From: Methanothermococcus sp. Ax23
GTDB lineage: Archaea > AGJL01 > Methanococci > Methanococcales > Methanococcaceae
Length of the DNA: 64,000 nt
Direction: 5' to 3'
Assembly: GCF_049075655.1 (NCBI RefSeq)
Contig: NZ_CP157522.1
Coordinates: 704,001-768,000 of the forward strand
Position 1 is the stretch's first letter, and every line of letters begins with the position of its first letter. Shown here piece after piece: positions 1-10,236 of this stretch. The position numbers and the translations under genes are program-made. The notes beneath the pieces are model-generated. The model was not told the origin of the DNA. It made no database searches and worked only from the letters and a program-made list of their open reading frames with translations.

Positions 1-149
1 TCTCTAAATATGGAGCAAAAATCGCCTATAAAACAAAATCGGAAATTTTAAGAAACATACTGTCAATTATATTGATGATTGTAGGTATTAAGATGGTAAT
101 TTAAGATAAAATTACTGAATAACAAATAACAAATAATGATGGTGAGCTC

Positions 150-1658
150 ATGAAAACAATACTTGGAAAAATCCATTTAAAATGGTGTAAAAACTGCAAT
201 GTCCCAGTTCTTGATAAAAAATGCGGAATCTGTGGATATGATACATTTGATGTAAAATTAACGCCACCAGCTGATGCGAGACCAGCATTTAAAGAAGATA
301 TTGTTATGATTAATAATATATTAAAAAATCAATTTGGAGTAAATGACAATATTTTTAAAAATAAAATAATTCTCATAAATAAAATTCCCGGAAAGGACTA
401 CATGAAGGAAATAATACTTGATGGAGTTGTTTTTGGGATTTTGAAGTATGATGAAGAAAAAAACAGCTGGTCAATTATACCTACTGTTGAAGGAGCTCGG
501 AGGATAATAAACATAGGAGGTAATAAAAAAATAATTGTTATAAAAAAGGATGTGGTTCCATTTATTCTAAAAAAACATGCATCAGTTCTAAGACCGGGAG
601 TTATATACGCATCAGAGGATATAGAAAAAAATGACGATGTAATTATTTTAGTTGAGAATGAAAATGAAGAAAAAGATGAAAATTATGAAAAATATAAACA
701 TGAAAAAAATACCAATCTCAAAGACATAAATGTTTTAGGCGTTGGAAGGGCGAGAATGGACTACAACGAAATAGTTAATTCAGAAAAAGGTATGGTGGCA
801 AAGGTCAGGCATGCCGAAACACCGAAAGAGGCAAACTATTTAAAAGAAACTGGGAATTTTGAAGAATCAATTAAAAAAATGATTGAAGCAAATGAAAATG
901 CAATAAGTAAATTTGAAAGCAATTCAGTAGGATTTATGAGAAATACAATAAAAGAAAGGACAAACAAACCGCCAGTTGTTGCATATTCGGGAGGTAAAGA
1001 TAGTCTTGTGGTGCTTTTACTTGCATTGAAGGCATTTGAAAATGAAGATATTGATTTTGATGTCTTATTTACAGATACAAATTTGGAGCTCCCAGAAACT
1101 TTAAAAAATATATCCGATGTTGAGGAAAGATACAATATAAATATAATTAAAGCAGAATCAACTGATTTTTGGGAAAAACTTGAAGAATACGGACCCCCTG
1201 GAAGGGATTACAGATGGTGCAGTGAAGTATGTAAAATGAAGCCCCTTGAAAAAATAATAAACGATAGATACCCTAATGGCTGTTTAACATTTGTAGGTTT
1301 AAGGAAATACGAGTCCATGAACCGTTCAAAAAAGCCAAGAATTTGGAAAAGTCCCCATATTGAAAAACAAATGCTTTCCGCCCCAATATTAAACTGGTCT
1401 GCCATGCATGTTTGGATTTACCTATTTAAAAACAATGCACCATATAATAAATTATATGAAAAATGTTTTGATAGAGTTGGATGCTATATGTGTCCTGCCA
1501 TGGAGCTCGGAGAAATTGAATTAATTAAAAAATTATATCCTGAGCTCTGGAAAAGATGGGAAGATTTCTTAATAGATTATGCAAAAAGAAATAATTTAGA
1601 TGATGAATGGGTGAGAAGCGGTTGGAGATGGAAATACGGAAAGAAGGATAAAGGTTAA
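150..1658 (+). CDS. PAPS-reductase family protein with N-terminal Zn-ribbon and PUA domain
   Basis: CxxC...CxxC N-terminus, PUA-like ASVLRPGV, PP-loop AYSGGKDS, RWCSEVCK and DRVGCYMCP motifs; GGTGA RBS. Confidence 0.85.
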   Translation: MKTILGKIHLKWCKNCNVPVLDKKCGICGYDTFDVKLTPPADARPAFKEDIVMINNILKNQFGVNDNIFKNKIILINKIPGKDYMKEIILDGVVFGILKYDEEKNSWSIIPTVEGARRIINIGGNKKIIVIKKDVVPFILKKHASVLRPGVIYASEDIEKNDDVIILVENENEEKDENYEKYKHEKNTNLKDINVLGVGRARMDYNEIVNSEKGMVAKVRHAETPKEANYLKETGNFEESIKKMIEANENAISKFESNSVGFMRNTIKERTNKPPVVAYSGGKDSLVVLLLALKAFENEDIDFDVLFTDTNLELPETLKNISDVEERYNINIIKAESTDFWEKLEEYGPPGRDYRWCSEVCKMKPLEKIINDRYPNGCLTFVGLRKYESMNRSKKPRIWKSPHIEKQMLSAPILNWSAMHVWIYLFKNNAPYNKLYEKCFDRVGCYMCPAMELGEIELIKKLYPELWKRWEDFLIDYAKRNNLDDEWVRSGWRWKYGKKDKG

Positions 1659-1753
1659 AATTAAATTATAATTAAATTTAATTAAAAACCTATAAATATC
1701 ATCTGAAAAAGATATAAACAAAATAATAAATAGCAGTCAAAGGAGTTGATAAA

Positions 1754-2035
1754 ATGCCAAAAATGGTTCTACTTCCAAAACTTACAATGGCTCTTGGAGG
1801 ATATATAAGGGAAACTGTCCAGCCTTATGGTGAGGATGAGGCAAAACCATTTCCTTATAGAAATGTAATTGTTGGTAATCCAACGGATGAACCTATAAAG
1901 ATAGATGTGCCTGCCTATGATGATGAATGGGTGGAGAGACATAAGAATCTTGGTTTAATCGTTGTTCCAGTGAGTGTTGAAGATGATTTTGTGGGAATGT
2001 ATAAAATGGTTCAGGAGAGAGTAAAAAGGGCTTAA
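1754..2035 (+). CDS. ehbP: Energy-converting hydrogenase B subunit P
   Basis: ALGGYIRET...FPYRNVIVGNPTDEPIKIDVPAYD recognised as EhbP family; GGAG RBS. Confidence 0.8.
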   Translation: MPKMVLLPKLTMALGGYIRETVQPYGEDEAKPFPYRNVIVGNPTDEPIKIDVPAYDDEWVERHKNLGLIVVPVSVEDDFVGMYKMVQERVKRA

Positions 2036-2040
2036 TTAAT

Positions 2041-2346
2041 GTGAAGTACCCCACCCTTACGGATGGGGCTTCCTGCTTCACTGAACGAGCTTGCCATCAT
2101 CGGTAGTTATTAACTACCTAGGTAGGGGCTCACTTCTCCACAGGCTCACCCCCGCCTCCCGCAGGTGCATGAAAATAGTATAGAATGGACTTGGTTTTCG
2201 CCCATTGACATATTATACTATTATAACATAGTATTTATATTTTTCGTCGGGTTTCCGAGCAATAGCGAAGGAAAGTAATGAAATGCGAAGCATTTCATCT
2301 GATTTCATCCCCTCCCTCACGGGAGGGGTCTTCCCGCCGACATTAG
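2041..2346 (-). mobile_element. Non-autonomous IS200/IS605-family element (PATE-like) retaining both subterminal hairpins and a tnpB 3-prime/omega-RNA-like segment
   Basis: GC-rich island; minus-strand right end GGAAGCCCCATCCGTAAGGGTGGGGTACTTCAC; left-end hairpin CCCCTCCCGTGAGGGAGGGG (2309-2328); GCCTGTGGAG motif typical of tnpB tails; no tnpA/tnpB ORF. Confidence 0.8.
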
Positions 2347-2407
2347 ATATATTATAAATTAATGTAATATGTATATATAACAACTTATAGGTTTTATGGT
2401 GGATTTT

Positions 2408-3088
2408 ATGATAAAAGGAGTGTTATTTGATTTGGACGACACACTCTACGACTCTTCGAGCTTTGCAGACCGAGCTCGGAGAGAGGCAATAAAAATGATG
2501 ATAGATGCAGGATTAAATGCCACAGAGGAAGAGGCATATAATATCCTTCAAAGAATAATAAAACAGAAAGGTTCAAATTATAACCGTCATTTTGATGACC
2601 TTGTAAAGGCAATTATGGGACATTACGAGCCAAAGATAATAACTATGGGGATAATTACCTACCACAATGTTAAATTTGCTCTTCTAAGACCTTACCCAGA
2701 TACTATAAAGACACTTATAGCACTAAAAAAAATGGGATTAAAATTGGGAGTAATTACTGATGGCATTACAATAAAGCAATGGGAAAAACTTATACGGCTC
2801 GGCATAGTGGATTTTTTCGATGAAGTGGTAACATCAGAAGAGTTTGGACTTGGGAAACCCAATGTAGAATTCTTCGAATACGGCATTAAAAAGATGGGTT
2901 TAAATCCAGATGAAGCAGTATATGTGGGTGATAGGATAGATAGGGACATAATTCCCGCCAATAAAGTTGGCATGTGTGCTATTAGAATCTTAAAAGGCAA
3001 ATACAGGGATGTAGAAGGCGGTGAATGTGTTTATGAAGTAAATAATTTGCTGGAAGTAGTGGATATTGTAAAAAACTTAAAAAGCTAA
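2408..3088 (+). CDS. HAD-superfamily phosphatase (archaeal MJ1437-like family)
   Basis: FDLDDTL motif I, ITDG, GKP, VGDRIDRD motifs; start could be 2396. Confidence 0.85.
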   Translation: MIKGVLFDLDDTLYDSSSFADRARREAIKMMIDAGLNATEEEAYNILQRIIKQKGSNYNRHFDDLVKAIMGHYEPKIITMGIITYHNVKFALLRPYPDTIKTLIALKKMGLKLGVITDGITIKQWEKLIRLGIVDFFDEVVTSEEFGLGKPNVEFFEYGIKKMGLNPDEAVYVGDRIDRDIIPANKVGMCAIRILKGKYRDVEGGECVYEVNNLLEVVDIVKNLKS

Positions 3089-3098
3089 TCGTGGAATT

Positions 3099-3896
3099 AT
3101 GTTCAAAGATGTATTAATTAAAATAAACAGTGCAATAGATGCTATAAGAGGATTAACGGCATTTATGACTCGAATACCTATGGGAAATTTTAAAAGTGGT
3201 TTCGAAGAGATGTCAAAATATTTAGTGTTTATCATATTCATAGGTATGTTTATAGGATTTATTGGGTCAATTGCATCATATCCATTTTATCATTTGGGAA
3301 TTAAATCTAACATTATTGTAGGAGCTCTTGTATTGTTTATTATGTTATATATTCAAGGGTTCCATCATGTTGATGGATTGGGGGATTATGGGGATGCCTG
3401 GATGGTGATGGGAAGTGCAAGAAAAAAGTTGGATGTAATGAAGGATAAATATATGGGTGTCGGTGCATTTGTGTTTATATTTTTTACGGAGCTCATCTCT
3501 GTGGCGTCAATAGGGCATCTATATGAAATAACATATTCGGATTTTTTACTTTTTGTAAAATTTATTATTTTAGTTGAGGCTTGTTCAAGATTGGGGCTTT
3601 TAACCTGTGCATGCTGTGGAATACCATCAAAAGACGGCACAGGTAGATATTTTGTTAAAAACACCGATGAATACCATTTATTCATGGGATATTTATTGTT
3701 GATGATACTATCATTTATAATGGGCATTCCAAAAATAGGGGTGTTGTGCTCAACATTTGCAGTATTTTTTGGCACTTTCATTGCATGGAATTCAAATAAA
3801 AATCTAAAATATGTTACAGGCGATGTCTTAGGGGCATCCAATGAACTAACTAGGGCTTTGGTTTTCATCGTCCTTATATTCTCATTAAATATTTAA
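3099..3896 (+). CDS. cobS: Adenosylcobinamide-GDP ribazoletransferase (cobalamin synthase)
   Basis: FMTRIP, GFHHVDGLGDYGD, MKD..MG, TGDVLGA motifs; multi-pass hydrophobic. Confidence 0.92.
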   Translation: MFKDVLIKINSAIDAIRGLTAFMTRIPMGNFKSGFEEMSKYLVFIIFIGMFIGFIGSIASYPFYHLGIKSNIIVGALVLFIMLYIQGFHHVDGLGDYGDAWMVMGSARKKLDVMKDKYMGVGAFVFIFFTELISVASIGHLYEITYSDFLLFVKFIILVEACSRLGLLTCACCGIPSKDGTGRYFVKNTDEYHLFMGYLLLMILSFIMGIPKIGVLCSTFAVFFGTFIAWNSNKNLKYVTGDVLGASNELTRALVFIVLIFSLNI

Positions 3897-3941
3897 ATTA
3901 TAGTTATTTTTATAAAAAGAAAAAAATTATTTTTTATATAT

Positions 3942-4817
3942 TTATTTTTTACATATAATACGATTTACAGCAATTGGAGTATCTTTCCCCTTTATTTTTA
4001 AGCTTCCATTTTCTATTACTACAATATCTCCATCTTCAACATCCCCTTCCACTTCTATTTCATTGAACAATTTTGGATTTGGACATACCTTATCTATTGC
4101 CACGTGGTTCTCATCCAAAACGAGTTTTCCATTTTTAATAACTCCAACTTCCCCATTATGTTCTATTTTATCTGCTATGACCATTACTTTTTTAAAATCT
4201 ACCATCTTCTGTTTTAATTCATTTCTATATTCTTTTAAATCATTTAAATCTTTCTTAATAACTTCTTCTAGGTTAAATGCCTTTCTGTCAGAATATATAA
4301 TGTCGAGCTCCTTGGATAATGTTGGACCATCGCATTTTTTCAAAGCCTTCTCGATAATATTTTTTACATCCACGATATTCATTCTTCCAAAATTATTCAT
4401 ATATTCTTTTAATTCTTCCTGAACGATGTTTTTTAAGTATCTATTTCCAAAGAGGATAATCCCACTTCCCTTTTTTACGGATTTGTTTGTAATTGTGTCA
4501 TTTAATATATCTACAATTGCACAATTTCCCTTTGTTAAATACATTCTCCGTCTTTGAGAATCTACCCCTATGGACTTAACTTCACCAACGAGAACATCTC
4601 CTATTTTTTTTACTTTTGTTCGTTCATCTTCTATGAATATTTTAACGCCTAATTCATCCGCCCTATTTTTCAACTCTTCTTCATTTTTTATTTTTCCAGA
4701 GTATAGGTCTTTTTCGAGCTCTGCTCTTTTTTCAGGATTTCCTCTAAACATTATATTTCGTCGGTCTCCTGCAATTACTGCCCCATTATTTCCATAATAA
4801 CCTACTACAATACTCAT
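3942..4817 (-). CDS. DUF2121 / connectase (proteasome-beta-like Ntn-fold protein ligase, MJ0548 family)
   Basis: N-terminal M-S-IVVGYYG..GAVIAGDRR, VLVGEV, RRRMY motifs; divergent from nikR. Confidence 0.85.
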   Translation of the reverse strand: MSIVVGYYGNNGAVIAGDRRNIMFRGNPEKRAELEKDLYSGKIKNEEELKNRADELGVKIFIEDERTKVKKIGDVLVGEVKSIGVDSQRRRMYLTKGNCAIVDILNDTITNKSVKKGSGIILFGNRYLKNIVQEELKEYMNNFGRMNIVDVKNIIEKALKKCDGPTLSKELDIIYSDRKAFNLEEVIKKDLNDLKEYRNELKQKMVDFKKVMVIADKIEHNGEVGVIKNGKLVLDENHVAIDKVCPNPKLFNEIEVEGDVEDGDIVVIENGSLKIKGKDTPIAVNRIICKK

Positions 4818-5086
4818 ATTATCACCTTAAATTTTTATAAAGTATATAAATTATTAAAAATCTATTAATAAATATATTATTACATTTATAAAATTTATTT
4901 TAATATTTATAAATTATACCTTAATAACCACAATTATAATTAGTAATATATATAGATTTTTGTTAAGCTACTATATTACACAATATTTAAATACTTATAA
5001 AAAGATATTATTAATTATTAAAAATACAAAAATAATAACAAATGATATAGTATGACAAAAAATTAAAAAATCGACAGGTAGATAAC

Positions 5087-5512
5087 ATGGTAGATATGGA
5101 CAGAATAAGTATATCCTTGCCTACTAAATTACTAGGAGAATTTGATGAAATAATTGCTGACAGAGGTTATGCAAGCAGAAGTGAAGCAATCAGAGACGCT
5201 ATAAGAGATTATATTATAAAACACAAATGGATACATAGTTTAGAAGGGGAAAGAGCAGGGACTATTACTATAATTTATGACCATCATGCATCTGATTTAA
5301 TGGAAAAATTGACTGAAATACAGCACGGGCATGCGGATTTAATCGTGGCAACACTCCATATGCATTTAGACCACGACCACTGCATGGAAGTTGTGCTTGT
5401 GAAAGGGGATGCTAAGAAAATAAGGGATTTAACCGATAAACTAACCTCTCAAAAAGGTGTAAAACAGGTAAAATTAACTGTCATGGTTCCAGGGGGCAAT
5501 ATTCCAGAATAA
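5087..5512 (+). CDS. nikR: Nickel-responsive transcriptional regulator
   Basis: RHH domain RISISLP...SRSEAIRDAIR; HMHLDHDHCME nickel site. Confidence 0.96.
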   Translation: MVDMDRISISLPTKLLGEFDEIIADRGYASRSEAIRDAIRDYIIKHKWIHSLEGERAGTITIIYDHHASDLMEKLTEIQHGHADLIVATLHMHLDHDHCMEVVLVKGDAKKIRDLTDKLTSQKGVKQVKLTVMVPGGNIPE

Positions 5513-5517
5513 GGAAA

Positions 5518-6351
5518 TTAAAAACACTCAATAACTTCAAATCCTCGGCTTTCTATTTCTTTTTTCTTTTTATTAACAACATGGTTGATTAGTTTTTCAT
5601 GTTCTTCATTTGACGCTATAAAATTTAAAGTATGTTTCGTTTTTTCATAAAAGTAAGGTTTTTCAATGACGTAATCTTTTTTTATATATTTAGCAAAACT
5701 TTCATTTAAAAATAGGCTATATCCATCTTCAATTAAATCAATAGCATAGAATGGGTTTTTAACAACTTTTGTTATTTTGAAATCGACATTTTGATTTTTT
5801 AATATATTCCAAACAATCCTCTGGGGAGAATATCTTATTCCTATGAGATTTTTTACATTAAAATTTTCTTTATATGCCATGATAAAATGGTCATAGGCTA
5901 TTGGTATGGGCTCTCCAAGTCTGAAACTCCAATAAGGGTCATCTATGCCAACAATGCTTGTTAAATCCATCTCATAAAGTTTTAGGATGTTATCAAATGA
6001 TGATATTAGTATATCATCAAATAGTATTTTGCCCAATTCTCCGCTTATAAATCCACAGGCTATAAATGGATGTTTAGATACTCTTTTTTGCACCGATTCG
6101 TAATATTTAACTATATTTTGAGCAGGTTCTGTTAAGATTGTACCAGATGTTGAAGAATAAATAAGTTTTACACCAAGTTTTTCTTCAAGCCTCTTTATTT
6201 GGATATTTACAGAAGATGGCGGAATATTCAATATTTTTGCAACCTTATTTTGAGATTTTTTTTCAGAAATTAGTTTAAGTATTTTTATTTGATTTTCAGT
6301 TATGGATTTGCCATCATATTTTATATTAAGTGTTGTAGTTAGGTTTGTCAT
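5518..6351 (-). CDS. LysR-type HTH transcriptional regulator
   Basis: SQNKVAKILNIPPSSVNIQIKRLEEKLGVKL...LT LysR HTH. Confidence 0.8.
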   Translation of the reverse strand: MTNLTTTLNIKYDGKSITENQIKILKLISEKKSQNKVAKILNIPPSSVNIQIKRLEEKLGVKLIYSSTSGTILTEPAQNIVKYYESVQKRVSKHPFIACGFISGELGKILFDDILISSFDNILKLYEMDLTSIVGIDDPYWSFRLGEPIPIAYDHFIMAYKENFNVKNLIGIRYSPQRIVWNILKNQNVDFKITKVVKNPFYAIDLIEDGYSLFLNESFAKYIKKDYVIEKPYFYEKTKHTLNFIASNEEHEKLINHVVNKKKKEIESRGFEVIECF

Positions 6352-6536
6352 GGTACTACCTTGTTCAATACTATCATTTTTAAAATTTTTAAAAATTTTA
6401 TATACTATTAATGTTTTTTATTATTTAGTTTAAATTAAAAGGAGTTATTTTTATTATTTGGTAGTATTCTATTTAAATTTATGGATTAATATATATGTAA
6501 TATTATAATAGGTAATCTTATATATCAGGTGGTTTA

Positions 6537-7601
6537 ATGAATAACAATAGTATAGAATTTCGGAAACTTGAACACCTTTTGGTGTGCAATTACTGTGATG
6601 TTGAATATAATAAAGGAACACTTCTTGATGATGTTGAATTAATCCACAGTGGAACATCAAACTGTGATTTAAACGACATTGATACATCAATTGAACTTTT
6701 TGGAAAAAAATTGGATGCTCCATTGATTGTAGCTGCAATAACTGGTGGTCATTCCAAGGCAAAGGAAATTAACAAAAATATAGCCGAGGCAGTGGAAGAA
6801 CTTAACTTAGGGATGGGTGTAGGCTCTCAAAGAGCAGGACTATTAAACAGTAGTTTGATAGATACATATTCAGTTGTAAGGGATTATACCTCATCCTTAG
6901 TTATTGGTAATCTTGGAGCAGTTAATTTTATAGAGGATAATTGGGACGAAGAAATAATTGATAAATCTGTAAATATGATAGATGCCAATGCCATGGCAAT
7001 CCATTTTAACCCACTTCAAGAAGCAATCCAACCAGAAGGGGATGTTAATTTTAAAGGAATAGATGTATTAAAAAATATTATGTCTAATTATAAGGTAGGG
7101 TATAAAAATATCCCATTTATAGCAAAACAGGTTGGAGAAGGCTTCTCAAAAGAAGATGCAGTGATTTTAAAGAATCTTGGGTTCGATGCAATTGATGTGG
7201 GAGGAAGTGGAGGCACATCGTGGGCAGCTGTTGAATATTACAGGATAAAGGATGAGAATCTTAGAAATTTCTCAAAACAATTTTTAGAGTGGGGAATTCC
7301 AACGGCGGCGTCTATATTGGAGGTTAGAAGTGTTTTTGATGGAACAGTAATTGGCACGGGAGGTATAAGGTCTGGAATGGATATTGCAAAATCCATGGTA
7401 ATAGGTGCCGATTGTTGTGGTGTGGCACTACCTATATTAAAGGCAGCATTAAAGAGCTCCGATGAAGTGATAAAGGTTCTTGAAAAAATGATAAAAGAAC
7501 TGAAAACAGTCATGTTCTTAATGGGCTGCGATAATATAGTTGATTTAAAAAAATCTCGATATATTATAAGAAACGAGTTAAAAGAATGGATTAGCAAGTG
7601 A
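6537..7601 (+). CDS. fni: Type 2 isopentenyl-diphosphate delta-isomerase
   Basis: RKLEH, AITGG, GVGSQR, HFNPLQE..QPEGD, GGSGGTSW motifs. Confidence 0.96.
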   Translation: MNNNSIEFRKLEHLLVCNYCDVEYNKGTLLDDVELIHSGTSNCDLNDIDTSIELFGKKLDAPLIVAAITGGHSKAKEINKNIAEAVEELNLGMGVGSQRAGLLNSSLIDTYSVVRDYTSSLVIGNLGAVNFIEDNWDEEIIDKSVNMIDANAMAIHFNPLQEAIQPEGDVNFKGIDVLKNIMSNYKVGYKNIPFIAKQVGEGFSKEDAVILKNLGFDAIDVGGSGGTSWAAVEYYRIKDENLRNFSKQFLEWGIPTAASILEVRSVFDGTVIGTGGIRSGMDIAKSMVIGADCCGVALPILKAALKSSDEVIKVLEKMIKELKTVMFLMGCDNIVDLKKSRYIIRNELKEWISK

Positions 7602-7766
7602 TAATTATATCTTTGCATTGTTATCGTTTATCATTTTATTTATTATTGTTGCAATTGTTTATTAAATTATTATATTTGTATTTATTATTTATTAGCATTA
7701 TTTATTGTTATTCATTGTTTTAAGCGAAAAATAAAAAACAAAAATAAAGTAAAAGGAAGTGATATT

Positions 7767-9113
7767 TTGCAGTTAGAAGTAGTAGCCATTGGAGGATATG
7801 AAGAAGTTGGAAGAAACATGACCGCTGTCAATGTAGATGGAGAGATAATAATATTTGATATGGGATTGAGACTTGACAGGGTCATGATACATGAAGACAG
7901 TGATGTTTCAAAAATGCACAGCTTGAATTTAATTGAAATGGGTGTAATCCCGGATGATACTGTAATGAAGAATATAGAAGGGGAAGTTAAAGCAATTGTG
8001 GTATCTCATGGACACCTTGACCACATAGGTGCGATTACAAAGCTTGCTCATAGATATAATGCTCCAATTATCGGAACACCATATACATTGGAGCTCGTAA
8101 AAAGAGAGATATTAAGTGAAAAGAAATTTGATGTAAGAAATCCATTGATAACTTTAAATGCAAAAGAAACGATGGATTTAACTCCAAATCTATCATTGGA
8201 ATTTGTAAAAATAACACATAGTATTCCAGACGCTGTTCTTCCAGTTCTCCATACGCCATATGGTGCTGTAATCTATGGGAATGATTTTAAATTTGATAAC
8301 ATCCCTATTGTGGGTGAAAAACCAGATTACAGGGCAATAAAAAAAGTTGGGAAGAAAGGCGTAATCTGCATGATTTCCGAGAGTACCAGGGTGGATTTTG
8401 AGGGAAAAACCCCATCAGAAGGCGTGGCGGCAAATCTTTTGAAAAATGATTTATTGGGGACTGATAATGAAAATAATGGTGTTGTAATCACGACTTTCTC
8501 ATCCCATATTGCAAGGATAAAATCTATTACAGATATTGCCGAAAGAATGGGCAGAATACCGGTATTAATCGGAAGGTCTATGGCGAAATATTGTGGAATA
8601 GCAGAGGATATAGGTCTTGTAGAATTCCCAAAGAATACAAAAATAGCAGGAGACCCCTCGTCTGTTGATAGAATATTCCATCAAGTGATGAAAGAAGGGA
8701 AAGAAAATTATATGCTTGTTGTTACGGGACACCAAGGAGAAGAAGGAGCTGTTTTATCAAGGATGGCAACAAATAAAACTCCGTTTAGATTTGAAAGACA
8801 TGACCAGGTGGTATTTTCAGCAGATGTAATACCAAATCCAATGAATGCAGCACAGAGGTATATGTTAGAGGCTCGTTTGAGGTTGATGGGTGTAAGGTTA
8901 TTTAAAGGAGCTCATGTTTCAGGGCACGCTGCTAAGGAAGACCACAGGGATATGATAAGATGGTTAAATCCTGAACACCTGATACCATCTCATGGAGATT
9001 TCAATCTCACGGCAACCTATGCAAAGCTTGCAGAGGAGGAAGGATATCGACTTGGAGAGGATGTGCATCTTTTAAGAAATGGACAGAGTTTGAAATTTGA
9101 AAGGATTATTTAA
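7767..9113 (+). CDS. rnj: Ribonuclease J (beta-CASP)
   Basis: GGYEEVGRNMT, SHGHLDHIG, HSIPD, HVSGH; TTG start; fni-rnj-idsA synteny. Confidence 0.93.
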   Translation: MQLEVVAIGGYEEVGRNMTAVNVDGEIIIFDMGLRLDRVMIHEDSDVSKMHSLNLIEMGVIPDDTVMKNIEGEVKAIVVSHGHLDHIGAITKLAHRYNAPIIGTPYTLELVKREILSEKKFDVRNPLITLNAKETMDLTPNLSLEFVKITHSIPDAVLPVLHTPYGAVIYGNDFKFDNIPIVGEKPDYRAIKKVGKKGVICMISESTRVDFEGKTPSEGVAANLLKNDLLGTDNENNGVVITTFSSHIARIKSITDIAERMGRIPVLIGRSMAKYCGIAEDIGLVEFPKNTKIAGDPSSVDRIFHQVMKEGKENYMLVVTGHQGEEGAVLSRMATNKTPFRFERHDQVVFSADVIPNPMNAAQRYMLEARLRLMGVRLFKGAHVSGHAAKEDHRDMIRWLNPEHLIPSHGDFNLTATYAKLAEEEGYRLGEDVHLLRNGQSLKFERII

Positions 9114-9225
9114 GTAATATAAACAAAAAACTTAAAAAGAAGAACATTAATTATTAATTATCAATCATTATAATTTATTATTTAAATTATTATAATTCAA
9201 ATTATACTTTACATTTGGTGGAATC

Positions 9226-10185
9226 ATGGAAATATTCGATAAAAATTTATTGTCAAAAATAGAGGAAGAATTAAAGAAACATGTTGAAAAGGAGGATACA
9301 TTATATGATGCCTCAAAACATCTTTTATTTGCTGGCGGTAAAAGAATAAGACCTTATTTAGCAACACTAACGTATATGTTGAAAAAAGATAATCTTAATG
9401 AGATTTTGCCACCTGCTGTTGCCGTGGAGTTAATTCATAATTATACACTCATCCATGATGACATAATGGATAATGACGATGAGAGAAGGGGAAAACCAAC
9501 TGTGCATGTTGAATATGGGGAGCCAATAGCTATTCTTGCTGGTGATTTGCTCTATGCAAAAGCCTTTGAAGCAATATCATATATTAAAGACTCAAAAAAA
9601 GCTCATGAGGTTTTAAAGGTATTGTCAAAATCCTGCGTAGAGGTATGTGAAGGTCAGGCAATGGATATGGAATTTGAGGATAGGGATGAAATCAATCTGG
9701 ACGACTATTTTGAAATGATTTCAAAGAAAACAGGGGCGTTAATTGTGGCTCCTGTTGAAATCGGTGCAATAATGGCAGAATGCACAGAAGAGGAAAGAAA
9801 CGCCTTATGTGAATATGCTAAAAGAATAGGTATGACATTCCAAATACAAGATGATATTTTAGATTTAATAGGGGATGAGAAAAAGATTGGAAAGCCAGTG
9901 GGAAGCGATATAAAAGAAGGTAAAAAAACTGTTATCATAATACACGCTCTTAAAAATCTCCCAGCTGATAAAAAGGAAAAACTGTTAAAAGTTCTTGGAA
10001 ATAACAATGCCACAGATGAAGAGATTAAAGAAGCAATAGGGATATTGAGTGATTCCATAGATTATGCAAAAAATATTATGAAGAATGCCACAGAAGAGGC
10101 TAAGGATTATTTAAAAATATTTGATGCTGAAAAAAGAAAAAGATTGGAAGCCATTGCTGATTTTATAATGGATAGGATTTATTAA
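9226..10185 (+). CDS. idsA: Geranylgeranyl diphosphate synthase
   Basis: GGKRIRP, DDIMD..RRG, GQAMD, FQIQDD motifs. Confidence 0.93.
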   Translation: MEIFDKNLLSKIEEELKKHVEKEDTLYDASKHLLFAGGKRIRPYLATLTYMLKKDNLNEILPPAVAVELIHNYTLIHDDIMDNDDERRGKPTVHVEYGEPIAILAGDLLYAKAFEAISYIKDSKKAHEVLKVLSKSCVEVCEGQAMDMEFEDRDEINLDDYFEMISKKTGALIVAPVEIGAIMAECTEEERNALCEYAKRIGMTFQIQDDILDLIGDEKKIGKPVGSDIKEGKKTVIIIHALKNLPADKKEKLLKVLGNNNATDEEIKEAIGILSDSIDYAKNIMKNATEEAKDYLKIFDAEKRKRLEAIADFIMDRIY

Positions 10186-10236
10186 GTTTTTTATGGTTTT
10201 TATTAGTTTTATATTATATTTTTTTATTTTTTGTGG

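Noticed and set aside
4943-4979. GTAATATA-N21-TATATTAC as a NikR operator
   Set aside because: Spacing and half-sites do not match known NikR boxes, and such palindromes are common in very AT-rich DNA
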